64,000 bases of DNA. Source: Candidatus Bathyarchaeota archaeon. GTDB taxonomy: Archaea; Thermoproteota; Bathyarchaeia; Bathyarchaeales; Bathycorpusculaceae. The notes under the pieces are model-generated. The model saw only the letters and a list, made by a program, of their open reading frames with translations. It searched no databases and was not told the DNA's origin. Of the stretch, positions 42,870 to 52,400 are shown piece after piece. The translations under genes and the position numbers were made by a program. The DNA lies in the NCBI GenBank assembly GCA_963768425.1, contig CAVYHV010000010.1, positions 96,001 through 160,000 on the forward strand, written 5' to 3'. How positions within the stretch are numbered: position 1 is the stretch's first letter; every line of letters begins with the position of its first letter.

Positions 42870-42997
42870 AATCTTAGCTCCTTTAATGTATCCTGACTAA
42901 AAGTCAAACTTCCTAGTCACGGCTAGATGGTATAACTCTTGCGGTTACAGATTCATTTTCAAAAACGCTCCGCAAGTAAAATTGTCGGGCGTCATTG

Positions 42998-43972
42998 CTA
43001 GCCCTTAGCCTGAAGTGTTTCCTCGGCTTTTTGCGCCCATTTCGCATCCTTCCAAATCGCTCTACCTACTGCTACCAAGTCAACTTTCCCGTCGCGAACC
43101 AGTCTATCAGCGAATTTAGCGTCTCGAATCCCGCCTACACCGATAACGGGAACCTTAACAGCCTTCTTAATCCGAGTTGCTTGAGGAACAAAATAGCCGA
43201 CAACCCGCTTAAGCTGCTTTGGCTCACTTCCGCACATTCCTCCCGACACGTCAATAATATCAACCCCTGCTTGCTCCAGCTGAAATGCAAAAGATATTGA
43301 GTCCTCAATTTGGATTCCGTTGGGCGCCAAGTCATCCGCTCCCAACCTGTAGAGCAGAAGCTTCCCATCGAGGCGTTCACGAACCCTCTTGACGACTAAC
43401 AATGGAAAACGCATTCTGTTCTCTAACGAGCCGCCGAACTCATCCCCTCGGCCGTTAATCAGCGGTGAGAAGAACTGGTTAAGCAGATAACCGTGAGCTC
43501 CATGAATCTCAACGCCATCGAAGCCCGCTTTAACTGCCCGTTCAGCGGCAGCTGCAAACTCTTCAGCGATGGCATCCAACTCGTTTACTTCTAAGCCTCT
43601 GGTTTTGCCTCGCGCAGAAGGACCCGCAGGTTGAGCATCTATAACTTTTTTGTTAGCAACTCCACCTGCATGGGTAATCTGCAGCACAGCTGGGGCACCA
43701 ACATAATGAATCGACGTGGCAAGCTTCTCAAGCCCTTTTAGGAGCGAGTCATCGTAGATTCCAAGCTGTTTTGGCCCAATCTTTCCGAGCCGTGAAATAT
43801 ACGAGTGCTCAACAATTGGCAAACCCACGCCACCGACCCGCCTCACATAGAAACTAATCAGCCTATTCGTCACTTCACCTTCAAAAGAAGCCCGACCCGA
43901 CTGCATCGGAGCCATAACAATACGATTCCTCAAAGTCAAGCTCTTAACATTCAGAGGTTCAAGAAGATTCAT
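42998..43972 (-). CDS. NADH:flavin oxidoreductase (old yellow enzyme family)
   Basis: RNRIVMAPM, GFDGVEIHGAHGYLLNQF and GGSLENRMRF. Confidence 0.95.
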   Translation of the reverse strand: MNLLEPLNVKSLTLRNRIVMAPMQSGRASFEGEVTNRLISFYVRRVGGVGLPIVEHSYISRLGKIGPKQLGIYDDSLLKGLEKLATSIHYVGAPAVLQITHAGGVANKKVIDAQPAGPSARGKTRGLEVNELDAIAEEFAAAAERAVKAGFDGVEIHGAHGYLLNQFFSPLINGRGDEFGGSLENRMRFPLLVVKRVRERLDGKLLLYRLGADDLAPNGIQIEDSISFAFQLEQAGVDIIDVSGGMCGSEPKQLKRVVGYFVPQATRIKKAVKVPVIGVGGIRDAKFADRLVRDGKVDLVAVGRAIWKDAKWAQKAEETLQAKG

Positions 43973-44359
43973 GACTTGACACCGATGCCATAATGCCTAA
44001 TTTGGACTATAAGAACTTAATCTGAAAGACTTCTCAGATGTTAATAACAAAAAATTTCGAAAAAGTGTGTAAATTGGATTCAATTTTGCTGGTAGCCTTT
44101 TGGCTGAGACGAAAATATCTTAGGCGAGACCATTTAAGGGTTGAGATCTTCAATAGTGTAGTGGCAGTTTGTCTGGGTAGTCGTGCGGTGAAAACGTTTC
44201 TTCAATTTAGATTTTCCAAGCCAAAAGCCGCATTGATTGATGAAAATTGGTCGAGTAGATTGATAATCCGTTTCAGTGTGATGGTTGAAACTTGATTGAA
44301 ATAAGATATAGATATTAGGCTGAGCCAGCACCTTATAGTCCTCTTTAAGTGTTGGTTTT

Positions 44360-44773
44360 ATGGATTGTAGATTGCAAGTCTTCAAGCTTGACGCAACGGA
44401 CAGCAATTTGAAACAGACCTACCGCTTTGCCGTAGTGGATTACAGTCGGTCTAAGAGTTATCCCGCGAACTTCGTTTGTATGTTGCCCGCCAAAGTTGAT
44501 CAGGGAAAGGGGAAAATCGCAAATGTGTTTGGAACGCTTTTTGGTGATAGAAGCTTAGAATTCGCTATTGGATTGTTGAATGCTGCGCTCAAAAGCGAGG
44601 GTGATGCAGATGTTAAGTCGGAGATAGAGCGAAGACTTAAACTTCTTGATCCAAAGCAAGCTGGATTGGTCGAATGTAGTTTATGTAAGAAGACGTTCCG
44701 ACCTTCCAAAACGAGAAAGTACAAACAACACTTTTGCCGGGAATGTTTTCGGAAAAGGTTTGCGGTTAGGTGA
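44360..44773 (+). CDS. Hypothetical protein with C-terminal CxxC...CxxC zinc finger
   Basis: CSLCKK...FCREC. Confidence 0.65.
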   Translation: MDCRLQVFKLDATDSNLKQTYRFAVVDYSRSKSYPANFVCMLPAKVDQGKGKIANVFGTLFGDRSLEFAIGLLNAALKSEGDADVKSEIERRLKLLDPKQAGLVECSLCKKTFRPSKTRKYKQHFCRECFRKRFAVR

Positions 44774-44827
44774 AAATTCCTAAACGGCTTGAATTAGCTG
44801 TGTTAGTATTGACTCAAAAATAGGTTT

Positions 44828-45088
44828 TTGGTTGATTTATTCATGAAAATAGTGAAAGGGTGGAAGCGAATAAGCAACAAAGGCGGGTTCGTAAACGAGA
44901 TTACGGGGCAAACCTTGATTATCGCAAAGCAAGAGTTTGGGGAGCATTATCACGTATTGCTTTTTCGGCAGGAGCGAACCGATAATGTTGAAGGCAATAA
45001 AATATCCCCAGAGTATTCCAGCGAAGATAAAGCTGAAGTTTTTGCAATGGATTGGATGAAGAAAAATCCGAATGGAACAATTACATAA
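44828..45088 (+). CDS. Hypothetical protein
   Basis: 86-aa ORF co-oriented with its neighbour, with typical composition. Confidence 0.55.
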   Translation: MVDLFMKIVKGWKRISNKGGFVNEITGQTLIIAKQEFGEHYHVLLFRQERTDNVEGNKISPEYSSEDKAEVFAMDWMKKNPNGTIT

Positions 45089-45154
45089 TAGAAAAAGACT
45101 TTTATTTTAGCTTAAATTTGCTGAAAAGCCCTGCCGTTAAAAAAGCTGAAGGAC

Positions 45155-45286
45155 TTAAGTTTCTTTCTTCTTGATGGTATCTACGTAGTTTTTCTTGCTT
45201 GTTTTCTTTCTCATTGTGCAATTGAGTCGAACGGATGATTTACATCTACGACAGTTTTTAACTAGACCTGCTCTTAAGATACACAT
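45155..45286 (-). CDS. 43-aa basic Cys-containing microprotein (below ORF-track cutoff)
   Basis: AGAGGT RBS, then MCILRAGLVKNCRRCKSSVRLNCTMRKKTSKKNYVDTIKKKET. Confidence 0.45.
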   Translation of the reverse strand: MCILRAGLVKNCRRCKSSVRLNCTMRKKTSKKNYVDTIKKKET

Positions 45287-45655
45287 ACTATTTTACCTCT
45301 TTTGATTTTGATTTTTAGAAAAGAATCAATTATACGATCAGTGCCAATCCAACAGGATAAGAGAAACTCTTCATGCACTCAAACCCTTCCCCCACTAATA
45401 AATATTCGATAAAATAGGGAAGTTTTGCACGCAGAAAACGCATTAATTCTTATTTTTTTAGGAAAACCGTGAAAACGAAATATTTCGTGATTTTAAGCTG
45501 AAAAAGGTTTTTTCCAGGTGCATAGTCTAATATAGGTCTTAGCATCATTAATAAGCTGTTAGAATTCTTTAGAGGAAGAGTTGAACCAAGCAGACTTCTT
45601 TTTCTCCGGATTATTCTGATTATGTTTGGCTTTGTGCCAAATTTGGGTATGAAAA

Positions 45656-45961
45656 ATGGGCAAAAGAAAAATTACAAATGAAGGCAACTTGGATAGTATG
45701 GTTTTGCCTTCCGCGAATGATGTGTTGGGCTTGGCAGTAAAAATGTTGGGTGCCGATAGAATCATGGTAAAATGTCAAGATGGACAAGAACGATTATGCA
45801 GGATCAGAGGTAAACTGAAAAGGCGTGTTTGGATACGCGAAGGCGACATTGTTTTGGTTTCTCCTTGGGATTTCCAAAGTGAAAGCAGGGGAGACATTTT
45901 TTGGCGATACAGAAAGAACCAATCAGACTGGCTTAGAAACCACAATTATCTTACGATGTAG
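45656..45961 (+). CDS. eif1A: Translation initiation factor aIF-1A
   Basis: KMLGADR...RLCRIRGKLKRRVWIREGDIVLVSPWDFQ..RGDIFWRY. Confidence 0.95.
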   Translation: MGKRKITNEGNLDSMVLPSANDVLGLAVKMLGADRIMVKCQDGQERLCRIRGKLKRRVWIREGDIVLVSPWDFQSESRGDIFWRYRKNQSDWLRNHNYLTM

Positions 45962-45980
45962 AGAGGGCTGCAAGATTATC

Positions 45981-46145
45981 TTGAAATGTACTGAATGTGG
46001 AAACACATTCCAAAGAGAACGTCTGGTTAATGGCGAAGTGCTTACCTGCCCCGTATGCGACGCTAACTACAAAGCTGTAATCAAAGATGGAAAATTGCGC
46101 TTAGAAGATTTGGTCTTTGAAGAACAAGACCTTGGCGAACTATAA
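45981..46145 (+). CDS. LysW-like zinc-ribbon protein
   Basis: MKCTECG...GEVLTCPVCDANY...EEQDLGEL from a TTG start. Confidence 0.6.
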   Translation: MKCTECGNTFQRERLVNGEVLTCPVCDANYKAVIKDGKLRLEDLVFEEQDLGEL

Positions 46146-46160
46146 CAAAACTGAATAGAG

Positions 46161-46706
46161 GTGAATAAAATGGGTATGGAAAATAAAACAAATTTCATAA
46201 TTGCTGTTAACGGCTACAAAATTGTGAAGAAAGAGAAAAACGCCGACTTTACCGACGTCACGGCGTCAGACAATTGGAACAAGAAAGTTCTTTTGCGAAT
46301 GATTGAACCGTCAAATGACCAATGTATAGTCATGAATGACGTTAAGAACATGGCAGAGCTAATAAAACGTGATAGCTACGACTCTGCATTCTTAATAAGC
46401 AAAAAGTTTACAGATAACGCTGTTAGCGAAATGGAGAAACAAAAAATCCAGCATGTCTCAGACGATTATATGCCTCCTTTTGAAATTGAAAAACTATACT
46501 CCGCAATAGTTGACTACGCAAATGGCCAGTGTCAGAGAAAGTGCGGAAAAGATTCCATAATAACCTCTGACTGCACCGAAAAGAAGACTGCTGACCTCTG
46601 TAAAATTAGAGCTCTTGCGAACAACGCGAAATGCCATTTTGAACAGCAATTAGTGGGCTTGCTGAAAAACGATCTTAAAATCGCTTTGGCGTTAAGTAAA
46701 CCATAA
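46161..46706 (+). CDS. Hypothetical protein, possible degenerate restriction-endonuclease-like (Mrr) fold with Cys-rich C-terminus
   Basis: GYKIV...DVTA...AFLISKKFTDNA pattern and four Cys near the C-terminus. Confidence 0.45.
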   Translation: MNKMGMENKTNFIIAVNGYKIVKKEKNADFTDVTASDNWNKKVLLRMIEPSNDQCIVMNDVKNMAELIKRDSYDSAFLISKKFTDNAVSEMEKQKIQHVSDDYMPPFEIEKLYSAIVDYANGQCQRKCGKDSIITSDCTEKKTADLCKIRALANNAKCHFEQQLVGLLKNDLKIALALSKP

Positions 46707-46840
46707 TTCCCTGATTCTTTTGTGTTTTCTATCTGTTATTTGGTATTTCTAAGCAAAGGTTTAATTCTGTTGTGTTTCAATATTTCCACGTTAATTAGTC
46801 CGCTATATTCTTAGCCAAAGATTAACAGGACTGACAACTA

Positions 46841-47059
46841 ATGTCTGAACGAGCCTCAACTGAAATAAAATGTAGTGATTGCGGCAAAACCGCCACTGTG
46901 CCCTTCAAGCCGACAGCAGGAAAACCAGTTTACTGCCGAGAATGCTTAAGCAAACATAGAACCCCACGAAATGAAACAGGACCGCGAATGGAAACCAGGA
47001 CCCAAGTTCCTGAAAATGAAAAACAGGCTTGGTCTAGACGACGAGAAAGTTGGAAATAG
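46841..47059 (+). CDS. CxxC-x17-CxxC zinc-ribbon protein
   Basis: CSDCGKTATVPFKPTAGKPVYCREC. Confidence 0.9.
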   Translation: MSERASTEIKCSDCGKTATVPFKPTAGKPVYCRECLSKHRTPRNETGPRMETRTQVPENEKQAWSRRRESWK

Positions 47060-47063
47060 AGAT

Positions 47064-47333
47064 TTACCCTATTAATTCAACGGTTGTACCTATTGCTTGG
47101 CCTGGGACTGGTCGCGCAAACTTTACTCTGACCATGCCATTTCTTCCGTGCATTCCGACGACTTTTCCAGTGTGTGCTTTTTTGCCAATACCCCAAACTA
47201 CCTTCTGTCCGATGAGTTTTCCGGCTGCGGATGCAGAATCTATGTTTTTGAATTCGATTAAGCATTCTTTTGTTTGCTGAGCGCTTTCTCCAAGCCGATA
47301 ATTAGTTATTCTACCTATAATCTTCTGAGACAA
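47064..47333 (-). CDS. rpl35ae: 50S ribosomal protein L35Ae
   Basis: GRITNYRLG...LIGQKVVW...GKVVGMHGRNGMVRVKF...PGQAIG. Confidence 0.88.
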   Translation of the reverse strand: MSQKIIGRITNYRLGESAQQTKECLIEFKNIDSASAAGKLIGQKVVWGIGKKAHTGKVVGMHGRNGMVRVKFARPVPGQAIGTTVELIG

Positions 47334-47486
47334 AATATCCACCTTAAGTACCCCTTTGTATGGAATGCAAGCATTTAAATGTGCCCGATTCATTGAAGCG
47401 AAAAAATTTGTTCCTCAACAAGCAAAAAAACAAGTTGAAGGGAAGATGGCGACCGGTTATAGGTTCAGCCATCACCTTAAGGTGAT

Positions 47487-47759
47487 TTAAAAGTAAGATT
47501 TCGGGTCAATGGAACGAAGGGGATGATTAGAGATGATGAAGTTCCCAACTTCCAATTGCAGACTTAGTTCCTTTTGCGCTGCAAAATCCGCCAGCAACTT
47601 GTACAGGTCGGCGCCCAATGTTTTTCTTTCTACAAATAAAACAAAGCCGTCTTCTGCTGTGTCAAGCATCTTAACATTTATTCCGCAGCTGGCTTGGATT
47701 TCGCCTTTAAACTTCATTGCGTTAGACAAATTCAATATTAACTCATCTAGCCAAGACAC
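47487..47759 (-). CDS. Hypothetical protein
   Basis: 90-aa ORF with no competing strong ORF. Confidence 0.5.
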   Translation of the reverse strand: MSWLDELILNLSNAMKFKGEIQASCGINVKMLDTAEDGFVLFVERKTLGADLYKLLADFAAQKELSLQLEVGNFIISNHPLRSIDPKSYF

Positions 47760-47867
47760 GTTTTAGATGCACTTACGTAGTCTAATAACTAATTGAATCT
47801 TTCGTTATGTTCTTTTGCAAATTTTCAAAATATAATGTTATATACCATGATTAATACTGTAGTCCCT

Positions 47868-48656
47868 GTGTCAGAACATAAACTTGAATGGCCTGAACCC
47901 GGCGACCTCGTCATTGCAACCATAGAAAGCGTTATGGATTATGGAGCGTACGCTAACTTGGATGAATATGAGAAACGAGGTTTCCTTCATATTTCTGAAA
48001 TCTCAAGCGCACGAGTAAGAAACGTTCGTGACTTTGTTCGAGAAAAACAGAAAATGGTGCTGAAAGTTGTCCGCGTGAACCTTGACAAAGGCCACATTGA
48101 CTTATCTCTTAGACGTGTTACAAAGCGCGAAAGAATCGAGAAAGTTAAGGTTTGGAAGAAAGAACGCAAAGGCGAAGTGCTTTTGCGTGCGGTTGCTGAA
48201 AAAGTAGGTTTGCCATCCGAAGAGGTCTACGAAAAAGCAGGCAAAATTCTGGATGAAAGAGACGGTTTGTATGAGGGCTTCGAAGAAGTGCTCAAAGAGG
48301 GCACGGAAGCGCTAACTAAACTTGGAATCCCTGAAGACATCGCTCAAGCTTTTGCTCAGGTTGCGGAGGAACGAATACATATCAAACTAGTGAAAGTCAG
48401 GGGCGTTCTGGAAGTTCGTTGCATGAAGCCCAACGGCGTCGGATGCATCAAGGACGCGTTCCTGAGTACAAAGAAAGCGCTGAAGGCAAAAGATGCTAAA
48501 GTCGAGTTTTATGTTATCGCCGCTCCCAAATACAGCGTTGAGGTTTCAGCTGACAACTGGAAGCGGGCTGAAGATCTTCTTGATGAAGTGAGCCAAAACA
48601 TAGTGACAAAGATTACTGAAGCAGGCGGACATGGCTCCTTTAAACGAGAAAAATAA
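47868..48656 (+). CDS. eif2a: Translation initiation factor aIF-2 alpha
   Basis: S1 domain WPEPGDLVIAT...GFLHISEIS...GHIDLSLRRV and C-terminal AAPKY. Confidence 0.93.
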   Translation: MSEHKLEWPEPGDLVIATIESVMDYGAYANLDEYEKRGFLHISEISSARVRNVRDFVREKQKMVLKVVRVNLDKGHIDLSLRRVTKRERIEKVKVWKKERKGEVLLRAVAEKVGLPSEEVYEKAGKILDERDGLYEGFEEVLKEGTEALTKLGIPEDIAQAFAQVAEERIHIKLVKVRGVLEVRCMKPNGVGCIKDAFLSTKKALKAKDAKVEFYVIAAPKYSVEVSADNWKRAEDLLDEVSQNIVTKITEAGGHGSFKREK

Positions 48657-48666
48657 TGGTGTAAGC

Positions 48667-49005
48667 ATGAGAGATCAAAGCGACAAGATTTTTTGGGGAA
48701 AGATCGAAAAGATCGGCAAAGGCACCCGAGCAAGCTACGACCCTGCGAAGAAAACAATCACTTTCTGCTTCCAAAGAAGCCTAGAAACTTCAAGTGAACA
48801 GTTGAGGAAACTTCGGGAAGCCCTGATGCGTGAACTAAAAGATTTGGGTTACGCTAGCCGGATGAAGTATAACGGGGAAGTTGTTGTTGACAATGTTGAA
48901 CCGGAAAATGTAACTCTAGTCACAGAAAACCACAAACTCAAGATCCATTTGAACCCGAAGCAGTCACCGGAAAAACAAGGCGAAACCTCAGAAAAAACAA
49001 CTTGA
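48667..49005 (+). CDS. Hypothetical protein
   Basis: Starts 10 bp after the aIF2-alpha stop. Not Nop10. Confidence 0.55.
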   Translation: MRDQSDKIFWGKIEKIGKGTRASYDPAKKTITFCFQRSLETSSEQLRKLREALMRELKDLGYASRMKYNGEVVVDNVEPENVTLVTENHKLKIHLNPKQSPEKQGETSEKTT

Positions 49006-49448
49006 GTTTTTATTTGACGAGGACGATCTTTTCCGGCCGTTTTACACGGATTTTTTAATTTAGGTTCCTTCCACTTCGCTCTTTTTACAATCAACCTTTT
49101 TGGCGTGTGGTCCTGTTGAAAAATCTTTTAAGCTAAGCCGCAGTATAACTTGTTGATATTATGCCATCTTTGAAAAAGAAGAATGCTACAAAAAAGGCAA
49201 AGCATGAAGCTAAAACGGGCAAATAAGCCAAAACCAAATTTGCTCTTTTCCGTGCGCATAGCAAAATGAAGCATCAACTTAGCTTTGCTCTTTCCAATTG
49301 TTAAACATCCGTTAACCCTTTTTTTTAATTCCTCACCGAGACCCGTGTTTGAAAATAAAAACCATAAGAGAATAAGCCCGAAATTACTTCCCGCATTATG
49401 TGGAGTTAAAATACCCGGCATTTTCAAACCGCAAATCCTTTCTTTAAC

Positions 49449-52400
49449 CTAAGTCATTGGAAATTCGATCTTGAATTGTGTGCCTTTTCCGAGTTCACTT
49501 TCAACAGTCACTTTGCCGTCCAATGCTTCAGTGAGCTTCTTCACTATGGCTAATCCGAGACCTTGACCTTTCGCTTTGGTGGTGAAGAGCGGCTTGAAAA
49601 GCTTGTCTTTCACATCGTCAGGTATACCTTGGCCTGTGTCGGCAACCGTTACCATTATCCTTTTGGCGTTGCAGGTTGCGGTTATGGTTATTTTTCCACC
49701 ATTAGGCATGGCTTGCGCGGCGTTTGACGTCAAATTTGTAAGTATCCTTGTCAAAAATAATGGGTCGCTGTTGATTTTTGGGAAATCAGGTCTTATGTTG
49801 ACTGAAACAGTTATGTTCTCTGGAATACTCATTGCTGACAAAACTTTTTGGACAGTTTTTTGAAGATCTACCTCTTGCAGTTGAGGTTTCGCTGCTTTAG
49901 CAAAGTCTTGCAGATCCAGCACAATCTTGTTAACGTAGAGCAACTGTTCCTCAATGTAGCCAATGCTTTCATTTATTTCCTTTTTCACAGAGGTGTCAGG
50001 CAGCGATTCAAGGCTCTTTTTGGCCAAATATAGTTCGCCTGTGATCGATTGGAGCGGATTACGAATGTCGTGTCCAACCATACCTGCTGTTTCGCCAATG
50101 GCTGCAAGACGTTCAGAATCCCGGAGTTTTTGAGTTCGTTCTTCAACTAACGCCTCTAAATGTTCAGAGTATGTCTTTAACTGTTTTCCATTTTCTTCTA
50201 GCATTTCAAGCATTTTGCTGTTGGCTAAGGCAACCGATGCAATTTCTCCGAAAGCCGTTGCCATTTCAGCGTCACGTTTCGTGAAGCCACGGGTTTGTTA
50301 GCCAATCCAATAACGCCGACTGTTCTCTTTTCGATCGTCAATGGTGCAAACATTACGTTCTGGAGTAGCACGTGACCATCAGGTGAGAATTTTTGCCATT
50401 TACTTTTTGGAAAATCATTTTCAATGGCTACTTTCCCAGAATTGTACACTTCGCCGCGGAGTCCTCGAATAGGCATAGGAAGCGATGGATCAACCGTGCA
50501 GGGAAGCCCTCCTGAATCCAAGAATAGGACTTCGTTTTCTTTCCCGGTGTCACTTAAGAGGGCAACGTAGCCTGCGGTTGCTCCGATTAATTCTTTGCAA
50601 GCGTCAAATATCGCTCGCGCAGAATCGGGAAATTCTTGATGCTGCAAAACTGCTCTAGAACCCTTCAATAAAGCAGAAATCTCAGATTCGCGAAGTTGTG
50701 ATTCTTCGAGCGAAATAGATAATTCTTGCTCAATTTTTTTGCGCTCCGTAATGTCACGGTTGCTGGCGCGGCGACCTATCCATTTGCCGTTATCGTCGAA
50801 GACAGCTTTACATGTATGCGAAATCCAACGTGTCTCTCCATCGAAAGTTATGATTCGAAAATCAACGGCGTGCAATTCTTCTGAGCTTATCAAATCAAAA
50901 TGTGGACCTACAATTGATTTATCTTCAGGGTAGATGATTTTGGTTAGAAGTTTGGGGTCTTTTAGAAACTCATCAACATCATAGCCTGTGATCCTTTTAC
51001 ATGAAGGCGAAACGTAAATCAGGTTTCCGTCGGGTGCAATCCAGTACTCCCAATTATATGCGAAGTCAGCAACCGTTCGGAACTTGACTTCGTTTTCCCG
51101 AAGGGCTTCTTCAGCAATGTACCTTGACAAAGCCAATGCCAAACGGTCAGCCACTCTTTCCCACATCTGAATCGTTTCAAGAGTAAACATGTTTTTTCGT
51201 TTGTCATTTAGTTGAAGCAGCCCTAAACGAGTATCTCCAATGCGCCAATGGAATAAGAGCGAGTGACTCATATCCTTCACTGTTGCAACGGTTGCGCGTA
51301 GTTCCTTGACGGTCTGCAGTGGTTGTTGTTAGCAAGAAGTTGCGTAGTACTGTTAGTCCAGAAACTTCCGTTTTCCGTGAAGAATTCTTTGGATGGATCA
51401 AATCGTCCCGCATACAACATTTCCACACATACATTCTAGAACTGGTCTGCCTTTTGAATCTCGAATTACATATCCAGATTCGTCGGATGTACACAATTTG
51501 TTTTCAAGTTTGACGTGTTCAGGCTGGGAACCCTTTTGTTTCATAATATGGATAATCATCCCCTTTTTTGAGCCTGATGCCTACAGCTTCACAGCCACAT
51601 TGTTTCTGGAAGAAATCCAAAGCCCCTTCAATTAGATCTTGAGAGCCAGTAGCTGCGTTAGCTATTCTTAGGAATTCACCCATGATTTCGCGTTCAGTTT
51701 CAGTTTTCTTGCGTTCAGTAACGTCTTCGAAGACTGCTGCAAAATAACCTTTTGCTGGGCAATAAACTGAAATACTTAGCCACAGCCTTAAAGGTTTAAA
51801 GAAATATTTCAAACTTCTCTTTTTGACCTGTAAGCGCTACTCTTCCGTAAATTTCAAAAATTTCAGGATTTTCTTCTTTTATTCCAGGTATCGCTTGTGT
51901 TACTTTCTTTCCGACCACGACTTCTCTTTTTAAACCGGTTATTCTTTGAAAAGCATCATTAACTTGAAGATAAACCCAGTCAACAGGCTTGCCTGCATCA
52001 TCAAATACCATTTGGCAGTAAGCAAAGCCATCAATCATGTTTGCGAAAAGAGAACTGTATTCTGCCTCACTTTTCTTTAACGCTTCTTCATTTTTTTTGC
52101 GTTCAGTAATATCGCTAAACATTGATAAGTTAGCTACGTGTTTTCCATTCTCGTCAAATAATGGTGAAGCATTACAAGCTGCCCACAGAACAGAGCCATC
52201 TTTGCGGCGAAACTCAAATTCGCTATAAAGAACCTGTTCTTTTTCCAAGCTTTTTCTTACCTGCAAAGCTTGTCTTCTTTGTTCTTCTTTGGTCATGAGT
52301 TCAAAGCTGGATTTACTGAGAAGTTCTTCGGTTGAGTAGCCGAACATTTGAGCTAGCCTGTCGTTGACAAAAGTGTGGGTTCCATCGGGTTTAGCGATGA

